This document shows positions 28,999-40,850 of a stretch of 64,000 bases of DNA, in pieces. The notes beneath the pieces were generated by a model. It had not been told where the DNA came from, ran no database searches, and saw nothing but the letters and a program-made list of their open reading frames with translations. The stretch is from Lingula anatina (Eukaryota > Animalia > Brachiopoda), in contig CM120644.1 of assembly GCA_051362555.1 (NCBI GenBank), positions 20,296,534 through 20,360,533 of the forward strand. The letters run 5' to 3'. Made by a program: the position numbers and the translations under genes. Numbering within the stretch: the first letter of the stretch is position 1; each line of letters begins with the position of its first letter.

Positions 28999-29040
28999 TG
29001 ATAATTGTAAGGTATATTTGCATATACCTTACAATTATCA
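28999..29040. repeat. Perfect 19-bp inverted repeat with a 4-nt loop
   Basis: TGATAATTGTAAGGTATAT-TTGC-ATATACCTTACAATTATCA. Confidence 0.9.
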
Positions 29041-29308
29041 ATGAAATGTATAGTTAAATTCAACGAGTTTTGTTTAACCAGGTTCAACTAGTGCTGCCAC
29101 TCAAGGTTAAAGAACTTGCGTAAGAAGCAGTTTGACTTTGTGTAACTAGTATTAATGTAGATATCATGATCTTAAGTGGAGAGAACCCCGGCCGCTGTGG
29201 AAGGTGCTGACACAGTTCTGGAGGTGATAAGATTATCTTACCTGGCCGCTGACATCCACTTCCACATACACACCGTGCTACACTCCAGCTTTCTGGAAGA
29301 CATACACG

Positions 29309-32300
29309 ATGACCAGCGCCGGCAAAGGTATATACATACAATTTTGATGTCAATACACTTTTGTGGTGTAAAATTTAATCATTTCTTTTGGTTACGGATT
29401 GGCCTAAAAGGGCACATTTAAAGGCTAGGCATGTCAGAGTATTTGCTGGATAGAGTCAATTATAAAGCAAAATATTGCGGACAGTACACGTAGCTTTATA
29501 GGAGTCTAAAAACAACGTCATTCCCTTCAGATGGATTTACATTAAAGAATGTTAGAATTGAGAATAAAAGAGAAATGCTACCGAATTAAATTCAAATAAT
29601 GCATCCCCCTCCTTTCCGTTATAAGATAAATGCCTGGTCTATTATTTATAAATCTGTTATATTGTTATTAGCTTTGCGATATCACATTGTTCACATTGTA
29701 TTTGCGTTATCTTTTTGTTTCTGTTTGCCATATCATATTGTATTTAGTTCCATTTTGCCCGTTCTTTCCAACATAGCCATATTCTTTTTGTGATGGAGCT
29801 AGTTGAATTCAACAGTATCTTATAATTTGAAGTCATATAATCATGCTCCAGCAATAGCTGGGTTAACAGCCAGAGTCTCCATACACTCGATTTCAGCATG
29901 AAGAATACAATCAACAGTTAATTTCATGGCGTCCTCGTGATCTTACCAAAAATTACTTTATAGAGTTATAGCTCGAAAATACCGTATAACTACTGGTAAA
30001 GGTACATGCCGAGTACAAATGACACTCTCTGTATTGACCTTTTCTGAACGATTATGAACAATGAGAAGTACAAATTTCGAGCGGAATTATTGGATTTATT
30101 GTGTCGGATGATATTAGTTATAAGCAGAAGCCACCGCACAAAAAAAAAAACAAATAAACAGGGAAATACTAGGTGGCTTTAATTTAACAGTCCTTTTTTA
30201 TAAATGTTATAGATTCACAACCCAAGCTGAGTTACATCCACAGACCGTCCAACAGGATCTACGATTGTAGTATTTTGCCGGATCATCTTGAGAAACGGAT
30301 AAAAGTCAACCCGGATGGCGACGCTTTAGTGATGTACACACATTCCGGAAATCGACGCCGTCTCACCTTCCGCCAATACCACATACAGTCCATGAAAGTG
30401 GCCGCAGGTTTGTTGCTGGGGTATTCGACATTGAGTACTTATATAGTTTAGTAAACCTGCTTTATTTTTGTCTTTCCTCGCATTCAAATCATCTGTTCTT
30501 TAAAGGGATAATAACTCTTCGTATGAGATCCATATTTCACAATTAAAACATTGTGAATAACTCATAGAAATATAATATATTCTGTTTTATCACAAAAACG
30601 GCAGTTATAGCTATTATTCTGACATCTGAGCTTGTCTTTAGACCACGTGACCTCCACTGATGGCTATACACTGTTAAAATCTCTTAAGAGATTTTAACAA
30701 AAAAAACCAAACTTTTTAGAAAAAACAGAGACTGGCTTTGAATGTAAAAATGGATTCATTAACCATTGGTAAGTATGGGAAAATTGTTGTTTACTCCAGG
30801 AAAATTCTTTTTTTTTTTTTTTTTTTTTTTTTGCCCAAACGAAGAGTTATTATCCCTTTAAATGTTTATTTTCATTCAAAGCAGCTACATTGTAAAATAT
30901 TTTCAGGATCTGAGAAATGAAATGATAACGGTTACAAGGGGTAACATATAGCTGAATCTGGATATTATGATATTTGATTCATCTCTGCTGTTTATTGCAT
31001 GTTGTAACTTGACATCTGAAACGAAATATAGGAATCTTATTAAAGGTACAATGCTCCATTTTACGTTTTATATGTCTTTGAGAAATGAAGTTTTCTAAGA
31101 AACCACATATAAGGCATATAAGTGTAATATTTTGGTGTTCATTACTTTCCTTCAAGTTTGATCAAAATAAGTAAGTTAGATTTATGACCCTGATAAGGCA
31201 TTCCAAGGATGGTAAGTTCAGTGTAAAGGGATATAGTAGTGCCTATGAAGGGGGGGGGGAGCTTTTCATTTTGCTCCGTCCTCCTTAGCTCAGCCATTGG
31301 TGATAAACCCGCTCCTGAAGTTATCAGTAAATATACAAACACCTTGTGTAATGCATGCATTTGTCTTAAATTGACAAAGACAAACATTTGATCAATTCAA
31401 CCTTATTTCCAGGTCTTCTTCAATTAAAACTATCTCGCTTCGACCGTGCCTTGATCTTGGTTCCTAACAGCTGCGAATTTCTCGTCATTCAAATGGCATG
31501 TGCAAGAATTGGCGTCTTTGCGCTGTTCATGAAATATGGGGCCTCTCCTGAAGAGGTTTCACTAATGGCATCGAAGTACAAGTGTGCGGCAATCATTGTC
31601 CAGACATATGAGGGGAAGGAGAGTTACGGACGAAGTGTAGTTAATGCGTGCCAGAGAATGGAACCGGATAGAAATGTTCGACTCATTGTCTGTGTTGACT
31701 TCGATGGTGGACCAAAGACTTCCCAGTACCGCGCCCTGCTTGGCAGCGATCCCCAATATCTTTCTGAGAGTGATGAGTCAGCAGTTCGTGCTGCGCAGGC
31801 GCAGGTCCAGATGGAAGATCCAATGGTAGGCACCTTGACATCGGGTACAACTGGCGAGCCGAAGGTGGTCTCTGCAAACCATTTCCAATCCATTCTGCGG
31901 GCCCTCTGTGTCGGAGAAAGATGTCTGATCAACACCGAGTCCCGATACCTTAACGAACGACCATTTTCCTGGGTTGGTGGACTGCTGCTTGGCGTGCTTC
32001 CTGTCTCCGTGGTGGGAATCACACTCGTCTCCATGGACCCGGAGATATCGGTGAAGAAGGCAGACACACAACTCGTCATGAAGATCCTACAGGACGAAAG
32101 GTGCACCCATTTTCTTGCGATGCCTTACATGATGCATGACTTCATTCACTGTGACGTCGCCCAGGACTTTGACCTGTCGAACTTGAAATACGCATTCACC
32201 GGGGGACAACCCATTATGAAAGAGATGGTAGAAAACTTTTTAAAGAAACATCCACAGATGCAATTGCTCCAAGGCTATGGTTCTTCAGAAAACACGTCAG

Positions 32301-32926
32301 TGAGCACTCAGACGAGAACGACTGACACCATAAACGACCCTGGGTTTGGTTATCTCGAGCTCGCTCCCGATTTTGAAGCCAAGATTGTGGGTGAAGACGA
32401 CCGTATTGTTGCCCGCGGCGTCATGGGGGAACTGTGGCTGAGGAGCGCTATGCACGTCACGGGTTACCTGGACAACCCTGAGGCAACTGCTCGGGCTTTC
32501 ACCCCTCTCCGTTGGTTTAAAACCGGGGATATGATGGTGATGGACGAGCAGGGTCACATCAGGCCCGTGGGGAGGGTGGCGGATTCCATTAAAAGGGCCA
32601 CGGTTCTCATCCAACCGGCAGAGATAGAAAACGTCCTTGTTCGACATTCAAAGGTCAGCGAAGTATTTGTTGTGGGCGTCCCGGATGAGAGGCTGTACGA
32701 GGAGTTGTGCGCTTGCATCAAACTGAATGCAGGGGATACATCTGAAGAGGCTGATTTGCAAGAAATAGAGTTGTGGTGTGGAGAAATCTTTTTACCCGGT
32801 CCAGATGGTCTAACGCTTGCACCTCGATATTTCCTATCTTTCAAAGACTTTCCAAAGACAACTACCGGAAAGCTGAACCGTCGAGAGTTAGCGGCAGAGG
32901 CCGCCAAAATATTGGGTCTTAATTAA
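29309..32926 (+). CDS. ANL-family acyl-CoA synthetase-like enzyme, paralog 3 (exons 29309-29327, 30213-30407, 31413-32926; 575 aa)
   Basis: LTSGTTGEPK, YGSSE, GELWLRS, FKTGDM, GRVADSIKR, PKTTTGKL. Exon 2 (DSQPKLSYIHRPSNR…MKVAAG), absent from the ORF track, is homologous to exon 2 of the other paralogs; exon 1 ATGACCAGCGCCGGCAAAG|gtatat; total 1728 nt in frame. Confidence 0.92.
30504..30857. mobile_element. TTAA-target MITE (Kolobok-like) in intron 2 of paralog 3
   Basis: TTAA-AGGGATAATAACTCTTCGT … ACGAAGAGTTATTATCCCT-TTAA perfect TIRs. Confidence 0.85.
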
Positions 32927-34469
32927 GGGACGCTATTTAACATATTTTCACTTCTGAAAATGATGTGCTGGTATACGTTTAAGATATTTCATGCAGTCTT
33001 ATAAACAAAGGTTTCATTAGTGAAAGTACAAATGTCAGAGATGGCGATTTTCTGGTTATTTTACGTTCTTGTACGAAAGCAAATAAAACAATAGCAGAAA
33101 CTAAGTAAGAAATTGAGTTCGTAATATTTTGAATTGGCTTTTTAAGCAACAATTCCATTTTTACAAGTCTGGGTTGTTCCCTGGCTCGGGATATGGTACA
33201 GAAGAACCATTTCATTAAATGGGAGTGCTCATCTGCTGCAATCGGTGGACGCATTTTTAAACATTGAATAATGGGGTGTACAAATGTAAAGCATAGGACA
33301 TGCTAACAGCAATAATATACTTCCTCTTTCTAAAAGATTGATCTTAAAAAGGTGCTGGTACTCGCCATGTTTTGTCAACATTTAACTGGATATATATATA
33401 TATATCCAGTTAAATATATATATATATATATCCAGTTAAATAAATATATATATATAATAATATATACATATGAAAGCCAACTTGGCAAAAAATTGTTTCT
33501 GATAGACATGGAGTTTTTAAAGTTGTAAAACAGTAAATGGTACATCATACAGATAGATTATCTTGGGTAGAGTTTCCGACAAGTGCTTCAAGGCTATATA
33601 GCAACTGATATCATTTTTGATAAAAGAAATCCGTAAATCATTTATTATGATATATAAATGTTATTATAACACCACTTTAGAACATATCTGTAAAACGATG
33701 AATGCATTAAGTTATAAGGTGTGATGTAGTTTGAAGTGCTATAGATGGTCATTACTCCATCTCACAGAATGAGACACGTTTTAATCCTAAACAAAATGAT
33801 ATTTGATTCTCGTGGAGTATCTTGAAAACCATTACCACTTCTGCTACGCATGCATGTTTAATCAATCAATCATATCCCTTATATATACAGTGGGTGTATG
33901 TAATAATGACCGTAGGAGAGTTTGTGGCTTCAGTCCACACTTGCATTGATAGAAAGAGGTGTCTGTGTCTTATGTACCCAACTACATGTCATGTCGGAGT
34001 AGACTGCGCTACTCCTCCGTACATGTCTCAATATCTCATCTTAACACTGAAGATATAGGTACATGTATACTAGACTACGCCTCAGAAAGCAACCCTGTAC
34101 CTCAAGTCTGCCGAGTTCCAATTTCTTCGTTAACAAATCTCTATATGCGTCGCATGCTGTCAACGACAAGTTTGGCTGAAGATTAATGTTTCGAGCGCAA
34201 ACGCTCGTTTTTTTTTTTTTTTGTTTTTTTTTTGTTTTTTTTTTCGTATCGCAGAATGACATGTGACGTAGTTAACAGAACTGCGTAACATTTGTAACTG
34301 ACGCGGTAAACTTCAGGGCCGCCTAAAAATAAGTTAAGAAGCAGTATTCAGGCACATACAGAAATTGGAGAATGAATTAGTTAGTCCGCATTTTGACTCA
34401 GTCTGTACTTAAGAAAATAAACAATATTCTTTTGTACAGGTATTTTACAGATGTCATGAACCATTTGCA

Positions 34470-36866
34470 TTATTTAGACGCTTTATCTGTAGGTAACGTT
34501 GCTTTTCCATTATCATTTGTTTTCTGATCGATCCCTTGTACTTTGCATTTTTTCAATATATCTGACAACTCTTTATCACGCTGGAAGAGATCTTCCCTGA
34601 TTTTCTTCAGATCCGCAGCGCCCAGATGGGTGTGTATGTGTTTGTGAGGGGATGATACTTTGGATCCGCTGAGAAATTCTTTTGCCTGAACGGGAAGACT
34701 GTTATGTACTTTTTCTACTGAAGCGAGGAGTTTCTGCAAAAATTTGATTTCCATCTGCCCAGTTTTCAGCGCCAAGTCTTTTTCCAACATTTCGCGCTTT
34801 TGTCGCGAGATTTCGTTGACCAGCTGTTCCATCTCCTCGTCGTGTGACTTCTTGAGCACGTGATCAGGAGCCGCCTCCACTCTCTGCTTCTCTATCATTG
34901 TGGACCTAGATATCGTTTTCTCCACTTCCTCGCGCATGACCAATTCTCGTCTAGTATAATAGATCTCCAGTTGCTTTTTCTGTTCTTCGATTCGCTGTTT
35001 GTCCTTGATGGCAGTTTTCCACTTGCTGTCAATATCTGCCATCCGCAACGCCATCTCCTTTATTTCTGCTCTCAGTTTCTGGTTTTCACCTTCAATATCT
35101 AGGACACTCGCGGTGCTGCCATTTTGCGCCTTTTCTTTTTTCTTTTTCAGAGATTCCAGAATGTGCATGCGTCTGTCCATTTCTGTATGGTAGATTTTCT
35201 CTTTGCTCTGGAAGAATTCTTCCTGTTCTTCGTTAAGGTCTTTCAGTCGGTCGATTTCTCTTTGTAAAACCCGGATCTTCAACTCCAGGTGTTCTGAGAC
35301 TTCCACCGCTTTCTGGCGCACGAAATCCACCAGTGTCGTCTGCTCCTGGAAACTCAGTTTCTTTTGGAGGCGCGGGTGACGTTTCAAAAATTCTGAAAAT
35401 AAAAAAGGATGTTTATGGATGAAACAACATTTCAAAATCGGGAGAATTGATTGATATCGTGTAAAAGCGAGATCAATCAATCATCAGTCATTTAGAACAA
35501 TATAATCTAATAAATGATAAATACCTAAATGATAATAGGTAATTGCGACTTTTTTAGCTTTGTAATGATTGTGATCCGAATAGCACGTCTCTGTCGATGA
35601 AAAACAAAACAAACCGTTATTCACCGAGGCCAAAACAATACAATACGCGGCTCGATATTTAATGCAAATGTGAGGTTGCGCTTTACTAAAACCACCTCCA
35701 AGGCGTGTTTTTACGGATTGTATACACAAGAAGCGTACTTCAGACAGAGATTTCCGTTTTCCGTTTTTGAAAGTTTCATTTATGTAGGGTTTGCATCGTG
35801 GATAATCTCTTTATGTTTGTCTATTCCAAAATGCACAATCTGTCGTAGAAGCATTGAAAATAAGCAAATACATACACGGTCTATGTCGACTGTGACTGGC
35901 AACAGTGAGTTTTACACAAATATAAAACCTATTGAAAGTACATGTATACCAAAGGAAATTACTGAATTCGATAATGAATACAACTTATTGATATTGCATG
36001 ATCTTAATGTACTGTTGATCATGTTAGTATTGTACTGCAGTCATTAAGCTAAGAAAGACATTCCTTAATGGGGTTGAACTGAATCTTTGTGGATAGCCCA
36101 CAAAGCATGGCCTTAAGTCAACGTGAGGGCGGAACCCAGGGATTTACGGAACCCGCTGAAAAACAAAGTTCTTTAAAGCAACTATCATTATTAAATCTGT
36201 TTTTGCTGTGGACATTTTTATCAATTAGGTCAGATAATACGTTTTTATGGAGAATTGCATCTTGTTCTCCCTCCCTTATTTTTTTACTTCGAAATTAACC
36301 ATCCTAAGATATAACTAATGGGTTGTTGTCTGACACTGATCATACATGGATTTTGACTTCCCTCCCCTCGCCGTAACCGGGGGTAACATCTATAACATCT
36401 ATTAAGGCGTGATAGTTCGCCTGCCTTATTTGTCAAATTCCACACCATCCCCACCGTTCGTGTATGTCCCCAGTGCTGAGTGGAGTTTGACTGACTTTCT
36501 AAAATATTTCACTACTTTAACAGCAAATCGTTTGATTGTTTATCCGATCACGCGTCACCAACCATTTACGTCCTCGATATTTTCAAATAGAAGCACGCGT
36601 GCGCTCAATGCCTAGCTTCTTTCCAACAAAACGCTTAATGTGATACACTATATTTTACTGTTTTTGGCGAACTATTTCTTTTTTCTCCGACGATTATACC
36701 TCTTAAATAGAAATATACAATATCCGACAAACTTTATAGATGTACATGTGTGACCTTCTCATGTGTTTAAACTGGACGCGCTTTGTATTCATAGTCGTAT
36801 ATCAAAAGGACTATTCTTACCTATCATTGAACGGTGGTGGGAAGCATACATTTCATACATATTCAT
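34470..36866 (-). CDS. Uncharacterised coiled-coil protein A (exons 36866-36821, 35392-34470; ~322 aa)
   Basis: 923-nt E/K/Q/L-rich heptad-like exon after a ttttcag acceptor. Upstream exon MNMYEMYASHHRSMI ends AG|gtaaga in matching phase 1; the start may be any of three Mets. Homologous to gene B. Confidence 0.8.
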
Positions 36867-37799
36867 GTTAAGATTGTGAACAAATACCTGTCACAGTGCC
36901 TTGGACGAGAGCAATTCAATGTAACATGGGGTGCACTCAATGTTTTACTAACTGTCCCTGAGTTTGGAAGTGTGGCGTAACGTGAGGTTATTCTACAAGT
37001 GTGTTGGTGCATGAAGATATGTGATAGTGATAGTATGTACAATTGGTGCATTTTAACCGTTTTAACAAGCATTGTCAAGTCATACACCATATCTTTACAA
37101 AATATTTCAGGTAATGTTTTAACTATTTTGAAGAGCAAAGGCATCCTCACCAAGGTTGGCATTAGCTAAGAACCAATAACGGTGAATACAAAATATTTTT
37201 TGTTATAGACGGAAGATTTCCTTCAAGAAAGCGTAGCCATATAATTTTGAAACGACACGTGATTGTGTTTTCTCGTCACTGCCATTAACGGAGTATTCAA
37301 TCAAGTAGTGGTAAGCTGATCGTGAGTGTGTTCGTTAACATGCCTCCACATTGCATGTCTGCACTGAACCGTCAGCTGTAATCAAGATGTAAGGTGAGGA
37401 CAGGTAAGTCATAGGAGAACTCAGTCTTTGTCAGCTTAAGCTGTCAAACGTTCTTTACTAATATGGTCTCACCAAGTAAGGTGGATCGTATGTCGTGTGT
37501 ACTCTGAATGAAAAAGAACTTTGTGCACTAAATGTTAGACCTGAAGCGGAATAAGCCACCTGGCTGCATCTAATGCAGTGAATGGTTTAAATCAAACATA
37601 GAGAAAAGATCAACCTCTTGTGTTGATCGAATGATGGCACTAGATTGTGAGAAGATAGCACCTGCTAACTTTGGACTCCATGCTATACAGTATGCTTGAA
37701 AATATTGTTGTTTTACCAACACAACTTCAAAAGATGGAGGTCATACAGGATCATATGTAGCTTGCTCAGCCCTCGAAAATGGAAGCTATATCTTCTTTT

Positions 37800-38080
37800 T
37801 GATTCATAACTTAATTAAAGGGCCACCACCAAAATCTACTTGGTCCACTCCCTACAGTTTATAAAAATCTCATCCAATTTAATATTCGTCTTTTAGATTT
37901 TGCATCAAGTTGCTAACAGACTGACAGACAAACGGACATACAGACAGACTGACAGACAAACGGACATACAGACAGACTGACAGACAAACAGACTGACAGA
38001 CAAACGGACAGACAGACAGGCAGACTGACAGGCAAATAGAACCAATTGGTAACACATCACCTCCTTGGGGAGGGTCATTA
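37800..38080 (-). mobile_element. Partial HINE-like element with an (ACAG/ACGG)n microsatellite
   Basis: AACACATCACCTCCTTGGGGAGGGTCATTA resembles the reverse complement of the 5' end of the 7556 element and adjoins the tetranucleotide tract at 37915-38035. Confidence 0.6.
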
Positions 38081-39945
38081 CACCAGTGACCGTCAACAAT
38101 GGGTGCATTTAAACGATTGATGCCTAGCTCGGGTCAGGTCTTGGAAAAGGATTGGATTTACTTAATGGTTGAAAAGGCCAGAAACTTTACACAAACAGGT
38201 TATTTTGAACACAGATGACGTGAAATTGACCGTGAAAAGTGCAGTGAAGATCAGGGAATTTATACCTACAATGAAACACGAGCACAAATCAACATGTCCT
38301 AGTGTGTTTGTTAATGCAGGGGGCTTGGAAGGCATTCCCTGGGTTGTTTTGAACCAGGTGTTTTGTTTCAAATATATTTCACCTTAGAAACGTTGTGAGG
38401 GACTGATCAAGCGGAAACTGTACAGAGTCATTGGTAAAAGCTGCCATAGACCGCCCAGGTCAACACACTGCTCATATTATACCAGAAAGGATTGTTTAAT
38501 TCTGAATACCTTCTGGGTTTAATACATGTATGTCGGATTTTTGGACTGTATACATGAGTTACTACAGCAAGGATAGGTGTCTCTTCCCCCCCCCCCCCTC
38601 CCCGGCCAACTGACCAGCAGGAGTCGTCCATTGCTGTTTAATGTTTGTCTTTACGGACCGAGAGGGGGCACAGGTAGATGGATCAGACCGGGGGGGGGGG
38701 AGGCACAGGGAATTGAATCAGACCGTGGGGATGTACTTTCCCAATCAGCCTACTCCTGCCAATACCCCAAGTCATAGAAAAGCAAAATTTACTTGTTGTA
38801 GACATTCAAAAACAAAAGACTGATTTACATAATACGAAATCTAATTAACGCTTAATTACCTGCTTTTCTAATTTGAGTGTTTTGCTAATATATTTGATTC
38901 ACTAGCGGCAAACAGTATGTGATTTCCCTGAACAATTGCAAGTCTCCAAGTCGACTTAATGCTAAAGTCAGGTATGAATTGAAAAGAGTGATGTTCAGTG
39001 GAGTCTCCAGAAATCAATGCCAAAGACACTGTCAACTGTCAATGTTTAACAGAGCGGTAGCGTGACTGAATAACCTAACACTGGAGTCAATAATCCACGT
39101 AATTCATGGTTTTATTCTTCCTCTCTTGACTTCACTTGCCATTTTTACACACGATATTATGAGATGTTATATTCATGCGATGAACGTTGTTATTTTTGTC
39201 GTTGAGTGCTTCTTTTTCTTGATATATAACTGGCTATGCTGTAGGAATTTTCTGGTGCTTATAAAACAAATAAAATTACAGAGACGGGGTCTTCATCATC
39301 AATTTCATTTGTAAATCTTCATAACACCACATGAAAACTAACATGTACTTGTAATGTTGCTTTTTTTTTGGGGGGGGGGTTAAAAATTAGACCCGCTAGG
39401 GAACTAAAACTAAACGTTAACTTTCCTCCTCCGCTCTAGCTGCTTTGGTTATATCCGAGATTAATTTCAGCTGCCAGATAACTCATCTTCTTTGTTTTCC
39501 TTCACATTAAACTCTCACATATATGCCTGTGTCTGATTTGGACACCAAAAATAAACGACGAATACCAGCAATATGCCTGAGACCAACCTCGCCTCCATAT
39601 CACAAGTAAACAGATAAGATCTATACCCATAAACTGTAAAAATACAGATTATCTGCACAAGGTTTAAACTGAATGGGAATACAGTCAGAGGCAATGGTAA
39701 TTATACTCATTGGTAAATATTAACTTTGCTGTTAAACCATGCAGCTGATTGTAACTATGTGACTGTATTAGTAGAAACAACATATTGATCTCATCTCAAT
39801 TTGCTATCAAGTCGCCGAGTTGTATATCTTCGATGAATGACTCCTGTTTTGCCATACATGACATGGCCACTTTGTCATACATGACATGTAGACATTAGTA
39901 GCACTCAAACAGCTTCAATGTAAATGATTGTCCAATTTCGTTTCT

Positions 39946-40016
<71 letters not shown>

Positions 40017-40802
40017 CTCTCTGGTCTAGGTATTCTGGTCCTACCTGTTAAGTCCAAGGACACGTCCTCCGCTAACATCTCCCTCTCTGTCATCTTAATC
40101 TACTATGGTACAGGGTTGATACAAATGTGCCACGAACAATCTCTTGTTGTTTAAAACCAAAACCCAATGCTGTATCTGCAGTAGTCACAGTTACAACAGG
40201 TCACCGCAGACACGCTTAGTGTTTGAACGCCAGGTCTACGTCGAGGACAGGTAGATGTACATGTAAAGTCACCAAGGGACGCTGTACAGTAGGACCCCAG
40301 CAAACCCAGTGTAATCGTGGAGCGTGACTCACACCCTGATAACTGCAATCCAGACACCAGCAGCGACCAGATACAGATTACAAGTTGCAGTTCTACAGTG
40401 TGTCGTGTAACTGTCTCGGGAAATACTTTCTAAAAACAAAGTCACCGATAATGAAAACATCCGTCTCTGAGTAAAAAGTTTATCACCTGGATGATCAATG
40501 CTAAGAGCTCTAAGCGTCCGTGCATCGGCATCGATTCTGTGGAAGTGAATCCAGCGTGTTAGAGCTCCGCGACGTAGAAGGCGGCGTGGTAAACATATTA
40601 CAATGCACGGTAAATACAAACGCTGGTATTTTTACAGGGGAGATGAAAAGATTGGGGCTTGAACTCGAGATGTTGTTTGAGTTAAGTCTTGTAATTTTTG
40701 CATTTCACTTTTTCAATTTCACCTTCGCAGCTATTCACGACGGTTAGATAACATTCGTTACGACTTAACACCATTAAGATGAGATATGGGGAGTTTCATT
40801 TG

Positions 40803-40850
<48 letters not shown>

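Noticed and set aside
16669-32907. Antisense ORFs overlapping the ligase exons (e.g. 17397-17837, 31624-32106, 32554-32907)
   Set aside because: Shadow ORFs of GC-richer coding sequence; their mutual similarity only mirrors the sense-strand conservation.
16337-32926. Calling the ligases luciferases or ACSF2 orthologues
   Set aside because: They lack the luciferase/4CL PxFH and YGLTE signatures, a PTS1, and an ACSF2-type mitochondrial presequence. Orthology needs a phylogeny, so no gene symbol is given.
34470-35480. ORF-track N-termini of the long ORFs (MIDLAF…, MINSTLFP…, MHARAHTH…, MNLYFK…)
   Set aside because: These are intronic read-through; clear splice acceptors lie just before the homologous sequence begins.
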